In this document: positions 27,161 to 35,748 of the stretch, in pieces
Numbering within the stretch: position 1 is the stretch's first letter
Layout: each line of letters opens with the position of its first letter
Source: Myxococcota bacterium
GTDB taxonomy: Bacteria; Myxococcota_A; UBA9160; UBA4427
DNA: 64,000 bases
Direction of reading: 5' to 3'
NCBI GenBank assembly: GCA_036336835.1
Contig: JAYZFK010000088.1
Span: forward strand, 28,002-92,001
Made by a program: the position numbers and the translations under genes
Notes under the pieces: model-generated
What the model was told of the DNA's origin: nothing
Seen by the model: the letters and a program-made list of their open reading frames with translations, nothing else
The model's database searches: none

Positions 27161-27913
27161 GTGAGTACGGCGAGCCTCCGGATCGACGAATGGGTCGAGG
27201 AGCGGAGCGAGCGCGAGCGGCGCGACATCCGTCGTCGCCTGATCGCCTCCGCGATCGGGCACGCACTGTTCGTGCTGCTGCTGTTCGGGCTTCCGTCGCC
27301 GTCGCCGTTACCGCTGCCGGCCGTGGTTTCGGTCGACCTGTTGGCCGGCCTGCCACAGCCCGCGCGAGCCCCGGCGCCGACCGCCAGGCCCGCCGCACGG
27401 CCGCCGGCTCCCAAGCCGCCACCCCGGCCGGCGGTGGTGCCACCGCCTCGCCAGAAGACGAAGGTGCTGCCGCGCGAGGCCCCCACGGCGCGAGCCAGGC
27501 CCGCGCCAAAGCCGCCGCCGCTCGACTACGACGACGCGCTGTCGTCGCTGCGCGACGAGCTCGGCGAGGCCGAGCCGGTCGCCGAACAGGTGCTCGACGC
27601 TGAGCCGACCGCGGCCCGTACGAGCGGCAGCGGCCGCGTGGATCCGGAGCTCGTGGCCTGGCAGGTCGCAGTGAACCGGGCGCTGGCGCGCAGCTGGGTG
27701 ACGCCGACCGAGTACCGCGACTCGGAGCTGCGTACACTGTTGCTGGTGACGGTCATGAGCAACGGCAGCGTGCTCGGCGAGCCTCGCGTCGAACGCTCGT
27801 CCGGTGACCTGCACTTTGACGACAACGCGGTGCGCGCCGTGCTGCAGGCGAGTCCGCTGCCGCCTCCGCCCTCATCCGGCGACTGGCCATTCCTGTTCAA
27901 TCCGACCGACTAG
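27161..27913 (+). CDS. tolA: TolA / TonB-like energy transducer
   Basis: TM with SxxxH (SAIGH), Pro-rich linker, C-terminal SSGD..FDDNAVRAV..SPLP domain. Confidence 0.82.
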   Translation: MSTASLRIDEWVEERSERERRDIRRRLIASAIGHALFVLLLFGLPSPSPLPLPAVVSVDLLAGLPQPARAPAPTARPAARPPAPKPPPRPAVVPPPRQKTKVLPREAPTARARPAPKPPPLDYDDALSSLRDELGEAEPVAEQVLDAEPTAARTSGSGRVDPELVAWQVAVNRALARSWVTPTEYRDSELRTLLLVTVMSNGSVLGEPRVERSSGDLHFDDNAVRAVLQASPLPPPPSSGDWPFLFNPTD

Positions 27914-27944
27914 CTCGGGATCCACCCGTCGAGGAGCTCCGACC

Positions 27945-29288
27945 TTGAACTCGCTCGATCGCCACAAGCGGTGGGCACTCGTCGTGACGATTGCGCTGCT
28001 GCTGGCGGGCCCGGCCGCTGCACAGACGCCCAACCCAATGATCGAGGTGAGACCCGGCGGTCTCACCGCGTACCGGGTTGCTCTGCAGCGCTTCGGCGAT
28101 GAGGGCCCCGGCGCGGCATCGCTCGCGCCCGAGAGACTGCGCGAGGCGCTGCGCGCCGGGCTCGAGTTCACCCCGTCGATCGTCACGCTGCCCGACGCCG
28201 CCTTCCTCGGTCCGGTGGAGACCGCCAGGCTGCACGGCGCCCGCCGAACCGACTGTGCAGACTGGCGAGCGGGCGGGGCGGACATCCTGGTCGAAGGCGT
28301 GCTCGAGGAGCGCGATGGCCGGGTGCGGGTTCGGATCGGGGTCTGGGACGTGGCGCGCTGCGTGCGCCTGTTGAGCGAGCGGTACCTCCGACCGGCGGCC
28401 ACGATGCCCCGCTACGCGCGACGCATTGCAGACGACATCGTGGGTGCGATCACGGGTACGCGCGGCGCCTCGGCAACCGAAATCGCCTTCATCTCGACGC
28501 GCACCGGCGGTCGCCAGGTGGCGCTGATGGACGCCGACGGCAGCAACCTGCGTCTGGCGACCCGCGGCCGGTCGATCAAGGCGTTCCCGGCCTGGCTGCC
28601 GGGCGGCACCGGGCTTCTCTATACGGCCTACGTGACCGGCCAGCAGCCGGGGCTGTACGTCGCCGCGCGCTCGCGCGCGGTGCGCGCGGGGGCCCTGTTG
28701 CCGGATGTGCTCGCCGGCCAGCCGAGGTACCGCGGGGCCTTCGATCCCCAGGGAGGCAGCCTCGCGATCGTCTCGAGCATCGGCGGCGCCGCCGAGCTGT
28801 TTCGGGTGTCGCGCGATGGCCGCAAGGTCAAACGTCTCACCTTCAGCCCGTCGATCGAGGTGTCTCCCAGCTGGTCGCCCGACGGCGAGCAGATCGCGTT
28901 CGTCTCCGACCGCTCGGGCTCGCCCCAGATCTTCGTGATGAATGCCGACGGGACCAACAAGCGCCGGCTCACCTTCCAGGGCGGCTACAACTCGAACCCC
29001 GCCTGGTCGCCCGACGGGGGCTGGATCGCCTACCAGACCCGGATCGGCGCGCAGTTCGATATCTGGCTGATCGATCCCACTGGCGAGGTGAGCTTTCCGA
29101 TCGTCGAGCACCCTCGCAGCGACGAGTCGCCGAGCTGGTCGCCCGATGGCCGCCGCCTGATCTTCAGCTCCACGCGCCGCGGCCGGGCGGACCTGTACCG
29201 GGTGGATCGCAGCGGTGAGAACCTGACGCGGCTCACCCGCGATGGGGGCGAGAACACCTACCCGGCCTGGGGACCCTACCCCGAATAG
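27945..29288 (+). CDS. tolB: TolB beta-propeller protein
   Basis: TTG start with SD GAGGAG; signal peptide; TolB_N; multiple PD40 repeats (PSWSPDG). Confidence 0.93.
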   Translation: MNSLDRHKRWALVVTIALLLAGPAAAQTPNPMIEVRPGGLTAYRVALQRFGDEGPGAASLAPERLREALRAGLEFTPSIVTLPDAAFLGPVETARLHGARRTDCADWRAGGADILVEGVLEERDGRVRVRIGVWDVARCVRLLSERYLRPAATMPRYARRIADDIVGAITGTRGASATEIAFISTRTGGRQVALMDADGSNLRLATRGRSIKAFPAWLPGGTGLLYTAYVTGQQPGLYVAARSRAVRAGALLPDVLAGQPRYRGAFDPQGGSLAIVSSIGGAAELFRVSRDGRKVKRLTFSPSIEVSPSWSPDGEQIAFVSDRSGSPQIFVMNADGTNKRRLTFQGGYNSNPAWSPDGGWIAYQTRIGAQFDIWLIDPTGEVSFPIVEHPRSDESPSWSPDGRRLIFSSTRRGRADLYRVDRSGENLTRLTRDGGENTYPAWGPYPE

Positions 29289-29348
29289 GGGCTCCGCGAA
29301 GGAACGGGACGCCGTTTCAGGGGGGCTGCGGGTCGCGCTCGAGTGGGC

Positions 29349-29357
29349 TGCTAAGGT
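29349..29357 (+). promoter_or_regulatory. Putative extended -10 (TGCTAAGGT) upstream of cpoB
   Basis: TGn-TAnnnT in the 127-bp tolB-cpoB gap. Confidence 0.4.
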
Positions 29358-29415
29358 TCCGGGCCGATCGAGATCAGGTGGGGCCTGCCCCGGACGGGCG
29401 GGAAGGAGAGGAGCC

Positions 29416-30141
29416 ATGCAGCTAGGCGCTCTGAGGACCGCGCAAAGCCTCGTTGCGGTCGGGTTGCTCGCGGTCACCAGCGGCTGTGTGACGGTTGCCG
29501 AGTTCCGCAAGCTCGAGGATCGCGTAATCCGGATCGAGCGAGGCGGATCGGACGAGGGGGCGCGCGAGGCCGTCGCCAACGCAGCGGCCGAGATCGATCT
29601 GCTGCGCCGCGAGATCGGCGAGCTGCGCGGCCGACTCGAGGTCACCGAGAAGCTCGCGACCGACGCGCGGGTGGATGCCCGCAAGGCGCGGCAGAAGCTG
29701 GCCGATCAGAGCGCGGTGGCGTCGCCCGTCACGCCGTCGCAGGAGCCTCTGCTGTCGGAGGAGGTCCGCGCCTACCGGGATGCCTACGCGGTCTGGCGCA
29801 GTGGAGACCACCAGCAATGCGTCGACAAATTCGGAAGCTTTCTCCAGTCCTATCCGGAATCGGCCGAAGCAGATGACGCGATGTTCTGGATGGCGGACTG
29901 TCTGTTCAAGAGTGGCGATTTCAAGTATGCGGTGCTGCGCTTCGACGATGTCGTCAACAAGTACCCGGACGGAGACAAGGCGCCGGATGCGCTGTTCCGT
30001 CAGGGGGAGGCGCTGCTCGAGCTCGGGCCTTCGTTCCAGCCCGCTGCCATCAAGGCCTTCGAGCGGCTTCTCTCCGAGTACCCGAATTCTGCACTGGTGG
30101 ATCAGGCACGTCGCCGCCTGCAGGTCGCCCGAGCGGGCTGA
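29416..30141 (+). CDS. cpoB: CpoB/YbgF TPR protein, predicted lipoprotein
   Basis: SD GAGGAG; lipobox TSGC; coiled coil; TPRs with YPES..ADDAMFW, YPDGDKAPDAL, YPNS. Confidence 0.88.
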   Translation: MQLGALRTAQSLVAVGLLAVTSGCVTVAEFRKLEDRVIRIERGGSDEGAREAVANAAAEIDLLRREIGELRGRLEVTEKLATDARVDARKARQKLADQSAVASPVTPSQEPLLSEEVRAYRDAYAVWRSGDHQQCVDKFGSFLQSYPESAEADDAMFWMADCLFKSGDFKYAVLRFDDVVNKYPDGDKAPDALFRQGEALLELGPSFQPAAIKAFERLLSEYPNSALVDQARRRLQVARAG

Positions 30142-30198
30142 GCGATAGATTGGTGCGGAGGGCGCTCGGGCCCACCGCATGGCGAAAGGGGTGAGCCG

Positions 30199-30561
30199 TT
30201 GAAGAAGCGCGATCTCGAGAAATTCACGAAGATTCTCAGCCAGCAGCGCGAGGAGCTGCTCGGCAACGCCAAGAAGGCGCTGTCCGGGGATATCCATCTG
30301 GACCCCGATGACTTCCCCGACGAGATCGATACCGCGTCATCCGAGATCAACCTCGCGTTTACCGGGCGCGTGCGCGAGCGCGAGCGCGGTCTGCTGAAGA
30401 AGATCAACGAGGCGCTCGATCGCATCGCGCTCGGCCAGTACGGCGAGTGCGAGAGCTGCGGCGAGGCGATTGGCGTCAAGCGTTTGGTGGCGCGGCCAGT
30501 GGCCGAGCTGTGCATCGACTGCAAGTCCGAGCAGGAGAAGCTCGAGCGCCGCAACGGCTGA
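30199..30561 (+). CDS. dksA: DksA/TraR C4 zinc-finger protein
   Basis: DEIDTA tip motif, YGECESCGEAI..RL.ARP..LCIDC. Confidence 0.92.
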   Translation: MKKRDLEKFTKILSQQREELLGNAKKALSGDIHLDPDDFPDEIDTASSEINLAFTGRVRERERGLLKKINEALDRIALGQYGECESCGEAIGVKRLVARPVAELCIDCKSEQEKLERRNG

Positions 30562-30581
30562 CCGCGTCGCGCCCGACTGTC

Positions 30582-31622
30582 ATGCGCCGCATCCTGGGCA
30601 TCGAGAGTTCGTGTGACGAAATGGCCGCGGCCATCGTCCTGGTAGATGGCGACGTGCGCGAGCTGGTCGCGAGCGTCGTGCACGGTCAGGACTCGGTGCA
30701 CGCGCCCTACGGCGGAGTCGTGCCCGAGCTCGCGTCGCGCGACCACGTGCGCGCGGTCTCGGGCGTCGTCGAGCGAGTCCTGTCTGAGGCCGGACTCGAG
30801 GGGTCTCAGGTCGACGGTGTGGCGGTTACCGCAGGCCCCGGCCTGGTCGGATCGCTGCTCGTCGGTCTCTCCTTCGGCAAGGCGCTCGCCTATCGCCTGG
30901 GCGTGCCGGTCGTCGGCGTCCACCACCTGATCGGGCATCTGATGTCCGCGGAGCTCGCAGAGCCGACGCTACGGCCGCCTTACCTGGGACTCGTGGTGTC
31001 GGGTGGGCACACGGCGCTGTATCGCGTCGAAGAGTCGGCCGAGCCGGTGCTGCTCGGTCAGACGCGCGATGACGCAGCCGGCGAGGCGTTCGACAAGGTC
31101 GCCAAGCTGCTGGGCTTGACCTATCCCGGGGGTCCCGCCGTTTCGGCCGCCGCGCGCGAGGGCGACCCGGCGGCGGTTGCCTTCCCGCGTGCCATGCGGG
31201 GCGTGCCCGGTTACGACTTCAGCTACAGCGGGCTCAAGACGGCAGTGGCGCTCGAGGTCGAGCGCCGCGGAGACCTGGCTCGGCGCGACGTCGCCGATCT
31301 CGCGGCCTCGTTCGAGGCTGCCGCGATCGAGCCGCTAGTACGCCACACACGTCGCGCGCTGGCCGACGAGGGGATCGGCGCGGTCGCCGTGGTGGGTGGG
31401 GTCGCCGCCAATGGGCATCTGCGCGACGAGATGCGGCGGGCCGGCGAGCGCGACGGCTTTCGGGTGGTGTTTCCGCCGATCGATCTGTGCACGGACAACG
31501 CGGCGATGATCGCGGCGGCCGGTGGGCGCCTGCTCGAGCTCGGCGTGCGCGACGCGCTGGATCTGAACGCGTTCTCGCGGGTGTCGGTGGGCAAGGCACC
31601 CTGGCGCTCGGCGCCGGCGTGA
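30582..31622 (+). CDS. tsaD: tRNA N6-threonylcarbamoyltransferase
   Basis: ILGIESSCDE, GGVVPELASRDH, HHLIGH, VSGGHT, DDAAGEAFDK, CTDNAAMI. Confidence 0.97.
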   Translation: MRRILGIESSCDEMAAAIVLVDGDVRELVASVVHGQDSVHAPYGGVVPELASRDHVRAVSGVVERVLSEAGLEGSQVDGVAVTAGPGLVGSLLVGLSFGKALAYRLGVPVVGVHHLIGHLMSAELAEPTLRPPYLGLVVSGGHTALYRVEESAEPVLLGQTRDDAAGEAFDKVAKLLGLTYPGGPAVSAAAREGDPAAVAFPRAMRGVPGYDFSYSGLKTAVALEVERRGDLARRDVADLAASFEAAAIEPLVRHTRRALADEGIGAVAVVGGVAANGHLRDEMRRAGERDGFRVVFPPIDLCTDNAAMIAAAGGRLLELGVRDALDLNAFSRVSVGKAPWRSAPA

Positions 31623-32476
31623 ATCGCGCGCAGACGCGCGCCCTGCTGGCGCGGCGGGGGCTCCGGCTGCGCCGAGAGCTCGGCCAGAACTTCCTGATCG
31701 ATGAGCCCCAGGCGCGTCGCCTCGCCGAGCTCGCGTGCGTGGGCGAGGGCGACGTCGTGCTGGAGATCGGGACCGGGCTCGGCGCGCTGACGCGCGCCCT
31801 CGCCGAGCGCGCTTCCCGCGTCGTCACGCTCGAGGTCGACTCCGGTGTCGTCGCGGCACTGCGCGAAGAGTCGCTGCTGCCGCCGGGCGTCGAGCTGCAT
31901 CACGCGGACGCGCTCGAGACCCGGCTGGCGCCGCTGATCGGCACCACGCCGCGCGACCGGGCGAAGGTCGTTGCGAACCTGCCCTACTCGGCAGCCACGC
32001 CGTTGCTGCGCGCACTGCTCGATCTGCGCGAGTGCTTTGGCAGCTGGTCCGTGATGCTGCAACGCGAGGTTGCGCTGAGGCTCACGGCGAAGCCGGGCGA
32101 GCGCGACTACGGATCGTTCGCCGTCCTGCACTCGCTCGCCGCCCAGCTCGAGGTCGTAGCGCAGCTTCCGGCCGGCGTGTTCTTTCCGGCGCCGAAAGTG
32201 GTGTCGTCCTTCGTGCGCATCACGCCGCGGCGAGAGGCGGAGCTCTCGGGCGCCGAGCTGCGCGCTGTCGAGCGCGTGGTGCGAGCGGCGTTCGGTCAAC
32301 GGCGCAAGACGCTCGCAAACGCGCTTCGGGGCGGCGGATTCGGCGAGCGTTGCGACGCCGCGATCGAGGCCGTCGGCGTCGATCCCCGGGCGCGCGCCGA
32401 GACGCTCGAGCCCGAGGCGTTTCGGCGGCTCGCGGCTGCGCTCGCGCCGGACCGGAGCGACGAACCGAGCCGGTGA
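31619..32476 (+). CDS. rsmA: 16S rRNA m6,6A dimethyltransferase
   Basis: LGQNFL, LEIGTGLG, VANLPY, MLQREVA, FFPAPKV.S, FGQRRKTL. Confidence 0.96.
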   Translation: MNRAQTRALLARRGLRLRRELGQNFLIDEPQARRLAELACVGEGDVVLEIGTGLGALTRALAERASRVVTLEVDSGVVAALREESLLPPGVELHHADALETRLAPLIGTTPRDRAKVVANLPYSAATPLLRALLDLRECFGSWSVMLQREVALRLTAKPGERDYGSFAVLHSLAAQLEVVAQLPAGVFFPAPKVVSSFVRITPRREAELSGAELRAVERVVRAAFGQRRKTLANALRGGGFGERCDAAIEAVGVDPRARAETLEPEAFRRLAAALAPDRSDEPSR

Positions 32477-32969
32477 CTCCCGCGGCGAGACGTGAAGACT
32501 TCCTCGCATGGAGGCGGGGATCGGCTCCAGGACGGCGGCCCGCTGCACCCGCCGGCCTCCTCGACGTCTCGCGAGACGACTGCGTCGCTCCGGGTGCGCC
32601 CGTTTCGCCGCGTGCCTGCTGTACCATCTCGCCGAAGCGGGCAGGGGAGGCGAGCTGGCACCGAGACACATTCCTACCGAGCAATGAGACCGGGCCTCAT
32701 CGTGCTGGCCGCTCCGGTTTCGGAGTGTTACGGGCTGATCCGCGTGCTCCCTTGCAGCCTGGCGCAGGTCTCCGATGACCTGATCGCGAGGAAGACTCGA
32801 TCTGCAACGAGGCGATCGGGCTCACCGGACTCACGCTGCTCCGGGAGTTGGCCCGCGAGTCTGACGCCTTCGCGCACGGGTCTCTCGGCGCTCGTGGATT
32901 CGCCAGGATTGCGAGAGAGGATTGGGTGTGAGCCTTCGCGAGATTGTCCCCGGAGGAGGACCGATATCG

Positions 32970-34127
32970 ATGATTCGCCGATCCTGCCGTGTCGTGCCGC
33001 TGCTGATCGTGCTCGGAAGCGCGACCGGGTTCGCGGAGTCCGAGGCAGGTGACGCAGGCGCGCCCCGGTTGCCAGTCGCACCTGTCTTCGAGTCGGTCCC
33101 CGATCGGTGGGCCCCCCCCGTCCGCAACGACAAGCTGCGCGACTGGCTTCGCCTGACGAGCGGCGAGTGGATGCGCGGCGCACTCGATCGCGTGTCGGAC
33201 GGTACGGTCTATTTCGACAGCAAGGAGCTCGACGATGTGGAGATCGACTGGGTGGATGTCACTGAGCTGCGTTCCTCGCACATGCACACCTACCGACTGC
33301 AGGAGGCTGGATCCGAGGAAAAAGTCATCCTGACCGGCACGGCCGGAATGGTCGCCGGTGTCCTGCGCATCGACGATGGGACGAAAGTCTCCGAATTCCA
33401 CAGGGCTGCTCTTGTCAGCATGATCGCCGGGGGGCTGAAGGAGAGCGACTTCTGGTCGTTCGAGCTGAGTCTGGGATTCACGGCGCGCAGTGGAAACTCG
33501 GACCAGTCGGATCTGACCAGTCACTCGAAGATACAGCGTGAGACCGCACTAACGCGTGGCTCCGTCGAGTATCGTGGCTCGATCAGCACGTTGAGCGGCG
33601 TGACGACGGCAGACAACCACCGGGTGACCGCGCAGTTCGACTACTACCTGACCCGTCGTTTGTTCCTCACCATCCCTAACGTGGAGCTCTTCCGAGATCC
33701 CTTTCAGAACACCGCGCTCCGTACGACCGCCGGCCTGGGCCTCGGTTACGACCTGATCAAGCGCGGCCCGGTCACCTGGAATGTCGGTGGCGGAGTCTCC
33801 TTTCAGGGGACTCAGTTCGATACAGCGCTTGCGAGCGAGCCGAAGGAGTCGAAAGACGCTGCCTTGTCACTGAGTACGAGCACCGAGTTCGAGCTCACCT
33901 CGCGCATCGACTGGGACACCTCGTACCAGATCCAGCTCGTCGCGACGGATTTCGACAGGACCAACCACCACATGACATCGGTCATCTCGATCGAGGTCTG
34001 GGGACCGCTGGACCTCGACGTGACAGCGGTGTGGGACTGGATTATGAAGCCGGCTCGCGCTAGCGATGGAGTGCGCCCTGCCAGCAACGACCTGCGTCTC
34101 ACGATCGGGCTGGGAATCGATTTCTAG
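32970..34127 (+). CDS. DUF481-family outer-membrane beta-barrel protein
   Basis: SD GGAGGAGG; signal peptide; GFTARSGNSD, RDPFQNTALR..GLGLGY; amphipathic strands; terminal Phe (GLGIDF). Confidence 0.82.
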   Translation: MIRRSCRVVPLLIVLGSATGFAESEAGDAGAPRLPVAPVFESVPDRWAPPVRNDKLRDWLRLTSGEWMRGALDRVSDGTVYFDSKELDDVEIDWVDVTELRSSHMHTYRLQEAGSEEKVILTGTAGMVAGVLRIDDGTKVSEFHRAALVSMIAGGLKESDFWSFELSLGFTARSGNSDQSDLTSHSKIQRETALTRGSVEYRGSISTLSGVTTADNHRVTAQFDYYLTRRLFLTIPNVELFRDPFQNTALRTTAGLGLGYDLIKRGPVTWNVGGGVSFQGTQFDTALASEPKESKDAALSLSTSTEFELTSRIDWDTSYQIQLVATDFDRTNHHMTSVISIEVWGPLDLDVTAVWDWIMKPARASDGVRPASNDLRLTIGLGIDF

Positions 34128-34476
34128 TTCCGTGCAGGGCGCGCTGAGCAGCGGCCGGGGTCTCACTGTTGAGCAGGACCAGCCGCTCGATGTGCTGGTA
34201 GCTTCGAACGCCGATTTCCTCGGTCTGGATTGCCATTCCGTGCGAATCCACTCGCCGTACCCGGCCCGCGGCCTCGATCCTTTCGTCCGGTGCTGTGCCG
34301 AGGACGAGCGAGACCGAGACGTGCGTCGTCTCCGGAAACGGATGTTCGCAGAGCACGTACACTCCGCCGATACTCACGTCGCGCAGCGATCCCGTGATGC
34401 TGGCCGTGCCGCTCGTCACCTCAACATCGAGGCGCGAAGGGGAGCGTGTGAATTCGCGTCGGTTGCGGTGGTTCAC
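34099..34476 (-). CDS. Single-domain PilZ c-di-GMP receptor
   Basis: RREFTR (RxxxR) and DVSIGG (DxSxxG); GRVRR..GMAI. Confidence 0.85.
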   Translation of the reverse strand: MNHRNRREFTRSPSRLDVEVTSGTASITGSLRDVSIGGVYVLCEHPFPETTHVSVSLVLGTAPDERIEAAGRVRRVDSHGMAIQTEEIGVRSYQHIERLVLLNSETPAAAQRALHGTRNRFPARS

Positions 34477-34685
34477 GTCGCATCGCCACCGGGTCGTGCC
34501 GCGATGAGCGAGATCTCGCCGGAAGCGCCGTCGACCGAATCCTGGGGCGGTGCCGAAATCGTATCGGGCGCCTGCTTGCCGTCCGGAGCCCCTTCGGCGT
34601 CGTGACTGCCGTATCCGGCCTTCCTCGGAGTGCGTCGGACGATCTCGCGCATGGCCGAGCAGTGATCGACCACCACTATCTTCAT
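34473..34685 (-). pseudogene. Truncated, degenerate CheY-like receiver
   Basis: MKIVVVDHCSAMREIVRRTPRKAGYGSHD..APDGKQA resembles a CheY N-terminus. The DD pair is mutated, there are Leu-to-Pro changes, and similarity ends before the phosphoacceptor Asp. Confidence 0.75.
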
Positions 34686-34725
34686 GAGTGGCACCTTGTT
34701 CTCGGCTGCGTTGCGAGGAAAGCCG

Positions 34726-35094
34726 TCACGCCTGGATCAGCTTCTCGAGCTCGCGCTTGAGGCGATCGATCTCACCGAGAAGAGCCTCGAGCGCCTTCGG
34801 GACGCCGCTCAGATCGTTCGCATGCCCCATGCGTTCCAACCGTTGCGCGGCTTCGACGGTGAGCTGAGCGTGAAAATTGCTCGCGGCTCCCTTGAGCTGG
34901 TGGGCAGCGCGTCCAAGCGACGGGCCATCGCCCGCGCGGGCTGCGTCGCGGATCTTCTCGACCATGTTTGCTACGTCGGAGATGAAGAGCTCCGTCAGCT
35001 CCGACATCAGCTGTACGTCATTGCCGAGGCTGGTCAGTGCGAGGTCGCGGTCGAAGACGATGCGCGGGTCGTCGTGTTTGCTGGTGTCTTGCAT
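34726..35094 (-). CDS. Stand-alone Hpt phosphotransfer protein
   Basis: FDRDLAL..LGND..ELTELF, AAHQLKGAASNF, AQRLE. Confidence 0.9.
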   Translation of the reverse strand: MQDTSKHDDPRIVFDRDLALTSLGNDVQLMSELTELFISDVANMVEKIRDAARAGDGPSLGRAAHQLKGAASNFHAQLTVEAAQRLERMGHANDLSGVPKALEALLGEIDRLKRELEKLIQA

Positions 35095-35219
35095 TGCGAC
35101 CCTTTGGCGTCCGGTGTCCTCGTCGACACAGACGCGTTGAATTTGTCGGCGGCACCGTCGAATGACATGACAGCATCGCGTTGCCTGAATTGTTATCTTT
35201 TCTGAGCCTTCCCAGGAAG

Positions 35220-35538
35220 CTACGAAGCCTGTTCGAGGTTCTCGAGGAGTGGCGCTGCGTGTTCATACGCATTTGCCACCACCGGATTGTCTCGATCGGC
35301 GCGCGACGGCGCCGTCCGATGCAAACCGTCTTCCCTGGGAGCACCGCATACTGCTGGTGAGTTGCGTTCGCTGGTCGCTTGCAACAGGACGAGCTTCCAG
35401 CTCGGGCTATCGATCTCGACCGGCTTCATCAGGCACTCGTCTCGTCTGCGGCCGCCACCGTGCGGAAGCCGCGCTGCTCGAGGCGTCCAGTAGCCGAATG
35501 TTGCGTAGTGGAACGTTCTCGATGACCGGAGCACGCAT
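35220..35538 (-). pseudogene. Frameshifted, internally deleted response-regulator remnant
   Basis: SD GGAGG and ATG at 35538. Three reading frames give MRAPVIEN / STTQHSATGRLEQRGFRTVAAAD / DECLMKPVEID..WKLVLL, i.e. receiver N- and C-terminal motifs with the centre missing. Confidence 0.6.
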
Positions 35539-35748
35539 GGCGATCGCCCTCCGTCCCCTGCGCTCCGCACACTGCTAGTGCGTACGCCACGCTCCCAAGC
35601 TCAGAGTGGACGCTTGCGCACCGCGTCGATCCGGACACGCCGCCGTGTTTCCCGCGAGTCCGAGTCCGGTGAACTACTGAGTCGAGCCAGGCGCTCTCAT
35701 GCTGTGCCGTGTTTCAGTCGATTGAGGCTTCAACTTGGAGGGGAGAGC

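Noticed and set aside
28850-29160. Repeated (A/C)GCTGGTCGCCCGA-like DNA motif
   Set aside because: Explained by TolB PD40 (WSPDG) protein repeats.
32477-32969. tRNA, att site or riboswitch at the island boundary
   Set aside because: No T-loop GTTCRA or cloverleaf, no flanking direct repeats and no recognisable c-di-GMP riboswitch consensus by eye.
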